Assembly: GCA_036337275.1 (NCBI GenBank)
Contig: JAYZEM010000005.1
Location: 807 to 64,806 of the forward strand
DNA length: 64,000 bases
Source of the DNA: Bacteroidota bacterium
GTDB taxonomy: Bacteria > Bacteroidota > Bacteroidia > Flavobacteriales > BACL11
Direction of reading: 5' to 3'
A program made the position numbers and the translations under genes. Shown here one piece after another: positions 8,539 to 18,889 of this stretch (positions within the stretch are counted from its first letter, which is position 1; every line of letters starts with the position of its first letter). Below the pieces are notes generated by a model. The model made no database searches. It was given only the letters and a program-made list of their open reading frames with translations, and was not told the origin of the DNA.

Positions 8539-10665
8539 ATGAGTACAAAAGAACAGCAAGAAATTCTTAAAATTGAGGGCATGAGTTGTGCTAATTGCGC
8601 GCTTGGGATAAAAAAACATTTAGACCAAAATGGGGTGCAAAATGTACATGTAAATTTTGCTTCTGCTGAGGCTTATTTTACTAAAACCCAAACACATAAT
8701 TTTGATAAGGTAAAAGAACTAATTCAAGCCATTGGTTATAATGTAAGGCAAATTTCAGATGAGCAGCCTGAGTCAAGTCTTTCGGAAATTGAGAAAAAAT
8801 TCATTTTCACATTACCCTTTACTATTCCGCTTTTTGCGCATATGTTTCTACCAAAGGATAATATTTTGCATAATGCATTGATACAATTTATACTCTGTTT
8901 ACCTGTGTTTATTCTTGGTTGTATTCATTTTGGAAAAAGCGCCTATTCAAGTTTAAAATCGGGCTTACCAAATATGGATGTGCTTATTTTTATGGGTAGT
9001 TCTGCTGCTTTCTTTTATAGTATTTATGGATGGATGATTTATTATAGTACTGAGCAAGCACATCATTTTTTGTTTTTTGAAACCACTGCAACCATCATTA
9101 CTTTGGTGTTGCTTGGCAATGTGTTGGAGGACAGATCTGTTCGGCAAACTACTACAGCAATAAGGGAACTTTCTGAAATTAAAAAAGGAATTGCCAAAAA
9201 AGAAGTAAATGATAAAATAGAAGAAGTTGATTTTGATCAAGTGATAGTAAATGATACTCTCATTGTTAATACTGGCGATAAAATTCCAGTTGATGGAAAA
9301 GTGGTTTGGGGCTCAGCATTAATTGATGAGTCCATGCTGACAGGCGAGAGCCTCCCAGTTAATAAAACTATAGAAGATAATTTGATTGGAGGGACTATCA
9401 TAACTTCTGGTAGCATCAAGATGCAAGTTACTTCAGTAGGGGACGATATGCTCATTTCTCAAATAATAACATTGGTTAGAAATGCAGAAGAAAACAAACC
9501 AAAAATTCAAAGACTGGGTGATAAAGTGAGTGGTGTATTTGTTCCTTTAGTCTTACTAATTGCAATTTCAACTTATTTTCTCTCCTCTTTTGTGATCTCT
9601 TATTTTTCTATTGAGACTGTAATAGAAGATCCTTTTTTAAGAGCCATTGCTGTTTTGGTTATCTCTTGCCCTTGCGCTATGGGTTTGGCTACTCCAACAG
9701 CCGTAATGGTGGGGATTGGTAGAGCAGCCAAGAAAGGAATATTGCTAAAAGGAGGTGGCACACTTGAAAAATTAGCAAGCATTAAAAATATTGTTTTTGA
9801 CAAAACGGGAACACTAACTACTGGTGATTTTTCCATAAAAGAGATCACAATTTTAGAAGGGGATGAGCAGTTTGCAAGAAGTATCATCTATAATTTGGAA
9901 AAACATTCTTCTCATCCAATTGCTCGCTCCCTAGTCAAAAACTTAAAAGCAAATACTGAAAATTTATCTCTTACCGATATAAAAGAAGAAAAAGGAGTCG
10001 GTATTTCAGCATGGTTTGATACTGATTTTTATCAAATTGGTTCTAAAAGAATTTCAGAAAACTTAACAAGAGAGCATGATTTATACCTATTGAGAAACAA
10101 TAAAGTGATTGCTTATATCGATATAGAAGACGAACTTAAAAAAGACACAGAAATCGTTATTAATAAAATAAAAAGCATGGGGATTGACACCATTCTTTTA
10201 AGCGGGGATAAGGCAAAAAAATGTGAGGACTTACATCAGAAGATTAGCTTCTCAAAAGTCTTTTCTGAACAATTACCAAAAGAAAAATTAATGCAAATAG
10301 AAAAATTAGTCAGTACAAATCCTACAGCTATGTTCGGAGATGGTATAAATGATGCGCCAGCCTTAGCAAAAGCAACTGTTGGTATTTCTATTGGAAATGC
10401 AACTGAAGTGGCTATTCAATCCTCAGATGTAATTTTGTTGCACAAAAGCGAACTCTCTCAACTGTCAAAAGCATTGCAAGTTGCACGCGCAACATTACTT
10501 ACTATAAAGCAAAATCTGTTTTGGGCTTTTTCATATAATATCGTTGCAATTCCTATTGCAGCAATGGGTTTTCTGGATCCTATGTTGGGGGCGCTTTTTA
10601 TGGCTTTTTCGGATGTTATTGTAATTGGGAATTCCATCCGCCTTAAATACAAAAAGATATTTTAA
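8539..10665 (+). CDS. copA: Copper-translocating P1B-type ATPase
   Basis: N-terminal HMA domain GMSCANCA, TM6 SCPCAMGLATP (CPC), phosphorylation site DKTGTLT, SSHPIA (HP motif) and the GDGINDAPAL hinge. The first 51 codons of the track ORF (8386..8538) are the antisense of tRNA-His and were removed. Confidence 0.93.
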   Translation: MSTKEQQEILKIEGMSCANCALGIKKHLDQNGVQNVHVNFASAEAYFTKTQTHNFDKVKELIQAIGYNVRQISDEQPESSLSEIEKKFIFTLPFTIPLFAHMFLPKDNILHNALIQFILCLPVFILGCIHFGKSAYSSLKSGLPNMDVLIFMGSSAAFFYSIYGWMIYYSTEQAHHFLFFETTATIITLVLLGNVLEDRSVRQTTTAIRELSEIKKGIAKKEVNDKIEEVDFDQVIVNDTLIVNTGDKIPVDGKVVWGSALIDESMLTGESLPVNKTIEDNLIGGTIITSGSIKMQVTSVGDDMLISQIITLVRNAEENKPKIQRLGDKVSGVFVPLVLLIAISTYFLSSFVISYFSIETVIEDPFLRAIAVLVISCPCAMGLATPTAVMVGIGRAAKKGILLKGGGTLEKLASIKNIVFDKTGTLTTGDFSIKEITILEGDEQFARSIIYNLEKHSSHPIARSLVKNLKANTENLSLTDIKEEKGVGISAWFDTDFYQIGSKRISENLTREHDLYLLRNNKVIAYIDIEDELKKDTEIVINKIKSMGIDTILLSGDKAKKCEDLHQKISFSKVFSEQLPKEKLMQIEKLVSTNPTAMFGDGINDAPALAKATVGISIGNATEVAIQSSDVILLHKSELSQLSKALQVARATLLTIKQNLFWAFSYNIVAIPIAAMGFLDPMLGALFMAFSDVIVIGNSIRLKYKKIF

Positions 10666-10666
10666 A

Positions 10667-11917
10667 GTGAGAGAATTAATCAGCAGAAGTTTAAAAGATT
10701 TGCAGTTTTACAGAAAGGAAGTTGGTAATACGATTAGTTTATTTTCCACTCAAATTTTAGTGTTAATAATTGGGTTAGGCATTAAAAGCATACAAACTAC
10801 TGCACTTTCACCAAAAGAATATGGATTGCTTGCTCTTTTTGGGACTATCACTTCAGTTGTGGTTTTGTTTTTTCATTACGCTTCTTTTTCTTCTCTTAAG
10901 GTGCTACTTGCCAGTAATGAGGATCAAAGAAAAGAAAAAGAATTTTTTGGTTTAGGTATACTAATAGCAACAATTCTGGGCGTATTATTCTCATTAGTAA
11001 TATTTTGCTGTAGTTTCATTGTTGATGATATGTTGGGCGTGAATATTGGAAGTTTGCTGATGTTTTTATCACCTTTTTCTTTTATTCTACCTTTTCAATT
11101 CTTTATTTCCGAAATTACAATTGGCGCCAACAAACTGAAAAGATTAGCATCCTTTCATATGTTTGCTAAGGTGCTTTTTATTATGTCTCTTCTTACAGTT
11201 TGGAAGTTTGATCAATTAGATGTTCAACTCATCATTTTATTAAACTTGTTTTCTTGGATGATTTCTACCATAGTGATTCTAATTGCCTTGAAACCATCTT
11301 TTAATAATGTAAAAGCAAATTTACAATTGGTGAAAGCAAAAAATAAAAGCTTTGGCTACGCTTATTATTTTGGTGCAATTGTAAATCAATCTACCTTCAA
11401 ATTAGATGAGCTTTTTATCACCTATTTTGTCAATATCACACAATTAGGGTTCTACACTCTAGCTTCAATTATTTGCTCTCCTATGACTTTTTTATCTCGT
11501 GCTTTTGTAAATAGCATATTCAAAAAGTTAGCCTTTAAAGACAGGGTTCCATTGCGAGTTTTTCTCTACAACAGTCTTTGGCTTTGTATTTGTGTTTTGT
11601 TTTTGTATGTTTTTTCAAATTTGATTGTAAGCACATTATTTGGACAAGATTATATGCAAGTAAGTGCTTATATCCTGCCGCTTTCTATCGCTTTTCTTTT
11701 TCAAGGAATGTATGCGCCTTTTAGCTTTTTAACTGTAAAGTCTAAAGGTAAACAGCTCAGAAATGTGGCTTATTTGGAGGCATCTGTAAATGTTGTTGGG
11801 AATGTAGTTTTAGTCCCAATTTATTTAGTAGAAGGAGCAATCTATGCTAGTATTCTTTCCAGGCTTGCTCACTTTTTAGGACTTTGGTATTACTACAAGA
11901 AAATGATAAAGGCATGA
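10667..11917 (+). CDS. Polysaccharide/oligosaccharide flippase-like membrane protein (MOP/Wzx superfamily)
   Basis: About 12-14 hydrophobic segments, no soluble domain, and a position directly upstream of and overlapping a GT4 gene. GTG at 10667 lies immediately after the copA stop; the track start 10625 would overlap copA by 41 nt. The family call rests on topology and context only. Confidence 0.55.
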   Translation: MRELISRSLKDLQFYRKEVGNTISLFSTQILVLIIGLGIKSIQTTALSPKEYGLLALFGTITSVVVLFFHYASFSSLKVLLASNEDQRKEKEFFGLGILIATILGVLFSLVIFCCSFIVDDMLGVNIGSLLMFLSPFSFILPFQFFISEITIGANKLKRLASFHMFAKVLFIMSLLTVWKFDQLDVQLIILLNLFSWMISTIVILIALKPSFNNVKANLQLVKAKNKSFGYAYYFGAIVNQSTFKLDELFITYFVNITQLGFYTLASIICSPMTFLSRAFVNSIFKKLAFKDRVPLRVFLYNSLWLCICVLFLYVFSNLIVSTLFGQDYMQVSAYILPLSIAFLFQGMYAPFSFLTVKSKGKQLRNVAYLEASVNVVGNVVLVPIYLVEGAIYASILSRLAHFLGLWYYYKKMIKA

Positions 11918-13065
11918 AAGTTTGCATGATTACATCTTTGCACAGCCCACAAGATGATCGTGTTTTTTTCAAAGAAGCACTTTCATTAAAAAGCAATGGA
12001 TTTGATGTGAGTATTTTATGCCTTGCTGATGAAAATGGGTTTTTGAAAGATATGTCAGGGAATCTTTTGAATGAGAAAAATCAGCAATCAATCATAATTG
12101 ATGGAATTAATATTTTTGGCATCAAAAAACAAAGTACATTATTTCAGAAATTATTACATAAAATAGGCCAAGGAAAATGTTGGGATGTATTTATAAAAAC
12201 AGCAATTGATATAGATGCAGAGGTGTATCATGCCCATGAACCTCAAACTGCTTTTATTGGTCTAAAAATTCAAAAGCAAACAAATGCAAAACTCATTTAT
12301 GATGCCCATGAGCCATGGATATTCTCTAGATCTATAAAAGAATGGGTTTTGAAAAAACTTTGTCTTAAAAAACTTAAAAATATCATTACGGCAAATGCCA
12401 TAACACAACAAACTTTATTAAAAGAAAATCCAAATATAAATATAGCAGTCATTTTCAACTGTTCCCCTTCTTTTTTCTCTCAATACAGAAAAGAAAACAG
12501 TGAAATTATTATTTGCCATGAAGGTGCACTATTGTTTAATAGGGGGTTGAAAATGATTATGGAAGCCTTAATCATCTTGAAAGAAACACATCCAAATTTT
12601 AAATTCAAAATAATTGGAGATGTTTTTGGGAAAGAGAAAAAATATCTACGCTCAAAAATAACAGCAAATAACCTAGAAGAAAATATTGAAATTACAGGAT
12701 GGCTGCCTTACAAAAATGTGCCCAATGCAATAGCCGAATGTAGTATAGGGCTAATTTGTAATACAGATGAAAAACGCAACACTTTGGCAGGACCACCTAA
12801 CAAATTGTTTAATTATATGACAATGGGATTGGCAACTATTACAGTGGATCTGCCTGCAACAACTTCGATTTTACAAAAAGCAAAATGTGGAATTCTATTA
12901 CAAAAAAGAGATGCTCGTCATTTAAGCAGCAGTATTACAAAACTTTTGGATGACCAGGATACTCTAAGGACCTATCAGCAAAGCGCCTTACAAACTGCAG
13001 ATGAAAGCTACAATTGGCAATCAGAAGCTGAGCAATTATTTCAGTTTTATAAATGCTTGAAGTGA
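11914..13065 (+). CDS. Glycosyltransferase, GT4 (GT-B fold) family
   Basis: MKVCMITSLHSPQDDRVF N-terminus, YHAHEP and YDAHEPW blocks, and a C-terminal GT-B region (GWLPYKNVP...PNKLFNYMTMGLATI). Its ATG overlaps the upstream stop (ATGA). Confidence 0.75.
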   Translation: MKVCMITSLHSPQDDRVFFKEALSLKSNGFDVSILCLADENGFLKDMSGNLLNEKNQQSIIIDGINIFGIKKQSTLFQKLLHKIGQGKCWDVFIKTAIDIDAEVYHAHEPQTAFIGLKIQKQTNAKLIYDAHEPWIFSRSIKEWVLKKLCLKKLKNIITANAITQQTLLKENPNINIAVIFNCSPSFFSQYRKENSEIIICHEGALLFNRGLKMIMEALIILKETHPNFKFKIIGDVFGKEKKYLRSKITANNLEENIEITGWLPYKNVPNAIAECSIGLICNTDEKRNTLAGPPNKLFNYMTMGLATITVDLPATTSILQKAKCGILLQKRDARHLSSSITKLLDDQDTLRTYQQSALQTADESYNWQSEAEQLFQFYKCLK

Positions 13066-13119
13066 AAATTATTTATAAATTTACCGATTAAAATTATTTA
13101 GGAATTAAAAAACAAGATT

Positions 13120-15030
13120 ATGAAAAAAGCACTACTATTCACTTTTACATTCTTTTTTGGCGCTAATTTGATGGCTCAAGTCGCACCAAACAAAGTACTT
13201 AATTCATCTAACAAGGCACTGATAAATGATAAAGTTATTATGAGTGGAGATGAGGTATTGAAAGATTTAATGCAAGCGACAAATACTGCAACTGCCGCTA
13301 TGAGAATGGCAGCTCCAATTAATGAAGAAATTATAGGAAGTACAACCTATGATTTGCAAAGTAATGCAGCAGTCATGGATAGAATTTTACGTCATCATGA
13401 TGGCACAATTTCTGTTGCTTGGACAAGAAGTAATGAATTTAATACTTCTTACACGGATAGAGGTACAGGCTATAATTTCTTTGATGGAACAGCCTGGGGA
13501 GTATTTCCATCAAATCGACTAGAATCTTCTAGATGTGGCTGGCCTTCTATGCTTGCAACTAGTTCTGGAAAAGAATTAGCAATTGCACATAATACCGCAA
13601 ATTCTTATTTTCAAATGACCTATAGAGATACTATTGGTTCTGGTACGTGGACTGAGCAAATTGTATCTTCTCAAGATAGTCTTGGTCTATATCGTGATTT
13701 AGTTTGGAATCGTTCTACTATAGGAGGGTTGAATGGAGAAACAATTCATATGATTGGAGTTACTGCACCATCAGGACTCTCCGGAACTATCTACAATGGA
13801 TTAGATGGAGCCTTATTGTATTATCGTTCTCAAGATGGGGGTATAACATGGGATATACAGGATATGCAATTGCCTACTATTGATACTTCAATGTTTACTG
13901 GATTCGGAGGAGATAGTTATGCGATTAAAGCACAGGGAGAAACTGTTTGTATTGCATCTTTTGGAGAATGGGATGATACATTCATTATGAAGTCAAATGA
14001 TAATGGGACAACTTGGACTAAAACAATTGTGCTTGATTTTCCTGTTGACAAGTATGTAACAGACCAAGGCCTTGATATAGATAATGATGGGGTAATGGAT
14101 ACGTTGTATAGCACAGATGGTTCAGGATCATTATTACTTGACAATAATGGTATGGCACATGTTTTTGCAGGCAATATGAGAATTTTGGATGCAGATCTTG
14201 CTGATGCAAGTTCTTCTTATTTCCCTGGCACCAACGGATTATTATATTGGAATGAAAGTATTGGGCCAGACACTACTGGAGGACAGATCTCAAATTCTGT
14301 TTGGTGGTCTGATAATATGAGCATTATTGCAGGATCTGAAGATATGGATGGGGATAGCGTGTTAAACTTCCTGGATATAGCAACGTATTATTCTTCTCTT
14401 TCATCTATGCCTTCTTGTGGAATAGATGCTAATGGCACAATTTATGTTTCGTTCTCTTCTGTAATGGAAGGATACGATAATGGGGTTCAGAATTTCCGTC
14501 ATCTAAATCTTATCAAATCTCATGATGGTGGTATGACTTGGACAGAGCCTGTTGATATTACACCAATAAGCCTTTTTCTAGGGATGGGAGAATGTGTTTT
14601 TGCTTCTATGAATAGAGATGTAGATGATAAAGTACGACTAGTTTATCAAAAAGATATGGAGCCAGGATTATGCGTAAGGGGAGATGAAGATGCGGTAGGT
14701 ATGAATGACATTGTTTACCTAGAGGTAGATACTAACTTTATTGTTTCTGGAACAGACAACAATCCTATTGGTAATCAATTGAGTCTGGATCTTTATCCAA
14801 ATCCAACAAAAAATCAAACAAACATCAATTTAACAATTGAGAAAACCTCAAAAGTTGTTATTCAAGTGGTAGATGTTTTGGGAAGAAATATATTTTTTAA
14901 TTCTAAAACTCTTGCTGAAGGAAGTCATTTAGTGCTGTTAGATTTTGACGATTATGATGCTGGTGTTTATTACATTAACACACAAATTTCTGGAAAAACT
15001 TTTAGCAATAAATTAATTGTAACTAAATAG
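13120..15030 (+). CDS. Secreted BNR/Asp-box repeat protein with type-A T9SS C-terminal sorting domain
   Basis: Signal peptide MKKALLFTFTFFFGANLMAQ. Three Asp-boxes SxDxGxTW (SQDGGITW, SNDNGTTW, SHDGGMTW). The C-terminal ~80 aa are LDLYPNPTKNQTNINL...GVYYINTQISGKTFSNKLIVTK, typical of a T9SS CTD. Confidence 0.78.
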   Translation: MKKALLFTFTFFFGANLMAQVAPNKVLNSSNKALINDKVIMSGDEVLKDLMQATNTATAAMRMAAPINEEIIGSTTYDLQSNAAVMDRILRHHDGTISVAWTRSNEFNTSYTDRGTGYNFFDGTAWGVFPSNRLESSRCGWPSMLATSSGKELAIAHNTANSYFQMTYRDTIGSGTWTEQIVSSQDSLGLYRDLVWNRSTIGGLNGETIHMIGVTAPSGLSGTIYNGLDGALLYYRSQDGGITWDIQDMQLPTIDTSMFTGFGGDSYAIKAQGETVCIASFGEWDDTFIMKSNDNGTTWTKTIVLDFPVDKYVTDQGLDIDNDGVMDTLYSTDGSGSLLLDNNGMAHVFAGNMRILDADLADASSSYFPGTNGLLYWNESIGPDTTGGQISNSVWWSDNMSIIAGSEDMDGDSVLNFLDIATYYSSLSSMPSCGIDANGTIYVSFSSVMEGYDNGVQNFRHLNLIKSHDGGMTWTEPVDITPISLFLGMGECVFASMNRDVDDKVRLVYQKDMEPGLCVRGDEDAVGMNDIVYLEVDTNFIVSGTDNNPIGNQLSLDLYPNPTKNQTNINLTIEKTSKVVIQVVDVLGRNIFFNSKTLAEGSHLVLLDFDDYDAGVYYINTQISGKTFSNKLIVTK

Positions 15031-15055
15031 TTTTTTAGGAATAGTATTTATATTG

Positions 15056-15083
15056 AAAAGCCGAGTTAGCTCGGCTTTTTTAT
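15056..15083. terminator. Bidirectional rho-independent terminator between convergent genes
   Basis: aaaaGCCGAG-ttag-CTCGGCtttttt: a 6-bp GC-rich stem extended by A/T pairs, with a T-run on the + strand and an A-run (T-run on the - strand) on the other side. Confidence 0.65.
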
Positions 15084-15781
15084 TTTATATCAAAAAAAGA
15101 ATCTACCTTTAATAATTGGTTTGTAATAAAACCTTCTGCATATTGGCAATTGCTTTGCCTACCTAAATCTTGTGCTCTATATTTTACGCTTTCTAAGAAT
15201 CCTATTTTGGAAATAATGGTTTCAGTTTCTTTTGATCTTTTGTCATAAAATTGAGTTTTATAGGCTTTTACACTTTGCAATTTTTTCTTCATTTGCTCAC
15301 TGATGTCAATTACAAAATCGGGTTGTAAATGATTAAATTGTATGTAATGATAAATGGCTTGGGGTCGCCACACTTTTTGTCTAGTATCAATCTTTTCCAG
15401 TCCGGATAAAAAACAAGCGTCTACCACAAGATAGCAACCCCTTCCATGGTCAGGATGCCTATCAGTTGGAGAATTTGTAATTACAATCTCTGGTTGGTAT
15501 GCTCGTATTTTTTCAATAAGGGCCAATTTGTTCATTTCCGAGTTTTCAAAAAAACCATCTTTGAAATTCATATTCTCACGCATTGCTACTCCCAATATTT
15601 CTGTGGCATTTTTGCACTCTTGCTTTCTTGTTTTAGCAGTTCCTCTTGTGCCTAATTCCCCATTAGTCAAATCAATGACGCCTACCTTCTTTCCTTCTTC
15701 TACTAATTTAATTACTGTTCCACCACAACCCAATTCTGCATCATCAGGATGTGCACCAAAAACCAAAACATCAATTTTCAT
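15080..15781 (-). CDS. bshB1: PIG-L/LmbE-family N-acetylglucosaminyl deacetylase, BshB1-like (bacillithiol biosynthesis)
   Basis: N-terminal VLVFGAHPDDAELGCGGT and HPDHG metal-binding motifs. The 233-aa size is typical of BshB1. Confidence 0.78.
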   Translation of the reverse strand: MKIDVLVFGAHPDDAELGCGGTVIKLVEEGKKVGVIDLTNGELGTRGTAKTRKQECKNATEILGVAMRENMNFKDGFFENSEMNKLALIEKIRAYQPEIVITNSPTDRHPDHGRGCYLVVDACFLSGLEKIDTRQKVWRPQAIYHYIQFNHLQPDFVIDISEQMKKKLQSVKAYKTQFYDKRSKETETIISKIGFLESVKYRAQDLGRQSNCQYAEGFITNQLLKVDSFFDIK

Positions 15782-18700
15782 TATTAGTAGTTTTAAAATT
15801 AAACTTTGCTAAAATAGCGGAAACCAACATTATCCCCAAAAGGTAATACACAAAAGAAGGAATTGGCATAGGATCTCCTGCAGCATAAGAATGTAATCCA
15901 GAAAGGTAATAATTCACACCAAAATAAGTCATAATGATAGACCAAATGCCAAAAGTCGATACTAAATTAAAAACATATCGGCTTTGCAAGGCAGGGATAA
16001 AGCGTAAATGCAAAATAATCGCATATACCAAAATACTTACCAATGCCCAAGTTTCTTTTGGATCCCACCCCCAATATCTTCCCCAAGATTCATTGGCCCA
16101 AATGCCACCCAAAAAAGTACCAATAGTTAGCATATACAAGCCTATTGTTAATGACTTTTCATTGATAATTGTTATCTCCTCACACACTAGATTTAATTTA
16201 TTATTTTTAAAAAATTTCATCATAAATGTAAGCCAAAGTGCAAAAAGCCCTAGCATAGCGCCAAGTGCTAAAAACCCATAAGATGCTGTGATAATAGCAA
16301 CATGGATCATCAACCAATAAGATTTCAAAACGGGTACTAGATTGCTAATTTCAGGATCTAACCAATTAAGGTGAGCCACCATTAATAATAAAGAAGAAAC
16401 AATGGTAGTCGCCACCAATGTAAGAGATGATTTCTTGCTAAATAATATACCAGCAAATAGTGTAGCCCAAGCAATATATATCATAGATTCATAACCATTG
16501 CTCCATGGGGCATGTCCAGAAATAATCCACCTTACAATAAGCCCAATGCTATGCAGTGCAAAAGCACTAAATATAAGCCACTTTAAACATCTTACTAAAA
16601 TATTGATCCATCTTCTTGAAGTGAAAATTTGTGCAATTACAAACATTAAAAGTAAGAGCCCTAACATGAAATAGCCCATAAACAATCTTGCAAAAACCTG
16701 TACATTATTATACATTACTTCCAATTCCGTTTTGTAAGTTGGAGGGATTACAACTTCTCCATATTTTTCTTGGAATTTTTGAATGTAGTTCAAAATTTCA
16801 GTTGCTGTTTCCCAATCATTATTTCCTTTTGCAGATTTTACAGCATTGAAATACATACTCATAATATTGGTGACAAAAAGGGAGTCGTTAGAGGAAAAAA
16901 GTGCATTCTTAGTATAAGGATGCCAGACATTATTACTGTCATTTACAAGTGGAAAAAGTCGTAAAAATCCACCACTAAAAATAAGATAGCAAAGATTTAT
17001 TCTTTCATCAACTGCAATGATATCTTTATCAAATTTACCTCTGTTCTGAGGTTTTTTATTGTATGCCTCCTCTACAGATTTATTCAGTTTATAGCTTCCG
17101 TCTTCCTCAAATACTTGTATAAATGAGATTAATCCTTCTTCAGTATCCAAAATTGTTTTAAGTTTTGGGTCGGACACCTTGATGAGCGGGATATTGCCCC
17201 AAACTACTGGGTTGCTCATCATCCCAATCATTATTTGTGTTGCAGATTGTCCATATAAGTTTTGTTTTCTAGAAATCTTTCTGATAAATTCAGAGGATAA
17301 GGTGCTTAATGGTTTTACTCTCCCTCCATTGTCTTGCACTAATAGAAGTGCTGCTCTTTCCGCATGAGTAGCATCAATCAGATTTTCTTCAAGCAAACTA
17401 TCTACATTAACATTCTTCTCCATTGCTTCTCCATTAAAAAATGAAAAGCCAAATGCTAAAATCAAAAAAAGTGTTTTTTGCTTCATATTCCTCAATCTCA
17501 TACCGAGCATTTTAAACCTTGTATTTTTTAAGAAGAAGGTAAGTATAATGCCTAAAAACAAAAGTCCATAACCAACATAAGTGATCAAAGTACCCCACCA
17601 ATCCTGATTTACCGACAGGATTGTGCCTTTTTCATCCTTATCATAAGAAGATTGAAAAAAGCGATATCCTCTATAATTTAATACATTGTTCATAAAAATC
17701 TTATGATTTGATATGTTTTGACCATCAATAACACTCACTTCAGAAGCAAATGATGAAGGACTCATAGATCCTGGATAACGTTCCAATTGAAAGTTTTTAA
17801 GCCTGATGTAAAATGGTGTTCTTAAATATTTTGCACCATATGAAATTGTAAAGTTTAATCCACCTAATTCAATTTTTCTTTTTGTACTTACAAAGCCGCT
17901 GCCACCAATCAATTCTACCCTTTTGCTTTCTCCATTGGAAAAGATATCTATAACAAGCGCGTCTTCTGCTCCATTTTCCATTTTTAGGTGTTTGCTTGCT
18001 AGAATAATTTTCCCCTTAGGATGGGTTTCTTTTATCACAAACTGCAAATTTTCAGATGAATACAACTTTCTTGTTTCTAAAGTATTTCTTTGGTTCTTAG
18101 CTAGAATTGCAGTACTTCTGTCTAGCATACTCATACTTTCAATATCTAAATTCGCTACCAACATCAAACTGTCATTAAAAAAAAGATTAATAGCGTTTTC
18201 GTGCGGATTGTTTAATGTAAAACTATAATTGTCAATTAATTTTCGTTCCCCCTCTGACAGAAAAATCGATTCCATTCCGTTTTCTCCTGGGACAATCAAA
18301 TGAATAATAGGCACTCCATTTTCCACATTATTAATTAGTGAATCGGTTACATTTGGAATGAAATCAGCATATTGTATTTTGACATCATTATCCAAGAATT
18401 CAATAGGAATGGAAAAATGATTATTGCTAATTGGCGAAAGAAAAAGACGCTTATCATATTCGTATTGATAAGTTTTATCATCTACCTTAATTTGTAAATA
18501 CAAATCTTCAGAAACAAAGCTATTTTCCATTTCTCCTTCTCTAATATGCATCATTCCTTCTGTGCCAATATATCTAGTAATTCCTGCACCAATTAGAATG
18601 ACAATAAAGGCAAGATGATATGTCAAAATCGGTATTTTATTCCAGCTAAACATATGCTGTCTGAACAGTTGTAGTATTAAACTCAGGCATAAAAAAGCCA

Positions 18701-18863
18701 ATATCAATTCTAGCCACCAAGCATTAAAAATCAAAGCTTTAGCAGTTCTAGTTCCAAAATCATTCTCAATAAAAGTAGCATAACCAATGGCAAAACCAAA
18801 AACAAACAGCAAAATTGCTGCAAAGTTCATGGAAGATAAAAAGTTAAAAAGTCGATTAATCAT
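15771..18863 (-). CDS. ccsBA: Fused System II cytochrome c synthetase CcsBA (ResB-like N-half + CcsA C-half)
   Basis: The N-terminal ResB-like region has a TM segment and a large periplasmic domain. The C-terminal polytopic region carries the WWD heme-handling motif WGRYWGWDPKETWAL and conserved His residues. I prefer the ATG at 18863 (MINRLFNFLSS...) to the TTG at 18884, because a TAGTTTTG promoter box overlaps 18884. Confidence 0.85.
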   Translation of the reverse strand: MINRLFNFLSSMNFAAILLFVFGFAIGYATFIENDFGTRTAKALIFNAWWLELILAFLCLSLILQLFRQHMFSWNKIPILTYHLAFIVILIGAGITRYIGTEGMMHIREGEMENSFVSEDLYLQIKVDDKTYQYEYDKRLFLSPISNNHFSIPIEFLDNDVKIQYADFIPNVTDSLINNVENGVPIIHLIVPGENGMESIFLSEGERKLIDNYSFTLNNPHENAINLFFNDSLMLVANLDIESMSMLDRSTAILAKNQRNTLETRKLYSSENLQFVIKETHPKGKIILASKHLKMENGAEDALVIDIFSNGESKRVELIGGSGFVSTKRKIELGGLNFTISYGAKYLRTPFYIRLKNFQLERYPGSMSPSSFASEVSVIDGQNISNHKIFMNNVLNYRGYRFFQSSYDKDEKGTILSVNQDWWGTLITYVGYGLLFLGIILTFFLKNTRFKMLGMRLRNMKQKTLFLILAFGFSFFNGEAMEKNVNVDSLLEENLIDATHAERAALLLVQDNGGRVKPLSTLSSEFIRKISRKQNLYGQSATQIMIGMMSNPVVWGNIPLIKVSDPKLKTILDTEEGLISFIQVFEEDGSYKLNKSVEEAYNKKPQNRGKFDKDIIAVDERINLCYLIFSGGFLRLFPLVNDSNNVWHPYTKNALFSSNDSLFVTNIMSMYFNAVKSAKGNNDWETATEILNYIQKFQEKYGEVVIPPTYKTELEVMYNNVQVFARLFMGYFMLGLLLLMFVIAQIFTSRRWINILVRCLKWLIFSAFALHSIGLIVRWIISGHAPWSNGYESMIYIAWATLFAGILFSKKSSLTLVATTIVSSLLLMVAHLNWLDPEISNLVPVLKSYWLMIHVAIITASYGFLALGAMLGLFALWLTFMMKFFKNNKLNLVCEEITIINEKSLTIGLYMLTIGTFLGGIWANESWGRYWGWDPKETWALVSILVYAIILHLRFIPALQSRYVFNLVSTFGIWSIIMTYFGVNYYLSGLHSYAAGDPMPIPSFVYYLLGIMLVSAILAKFNFKTTNNEN

Positions 18864-18881
18864 TTGGAAATTATTAGTTTG

Positions 18882-18889
18882 CAAAACTA
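18882..18889 (-). promoter_or_regulatory. -7 promoter box TAGTTTTG (minus strand) for ccsBA
   Basis: The + strand CAAAACTA equals TAGTTTTG on the minus strand, 18 nt upstream of the ccsBA ATG. Confidence 0.45.
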
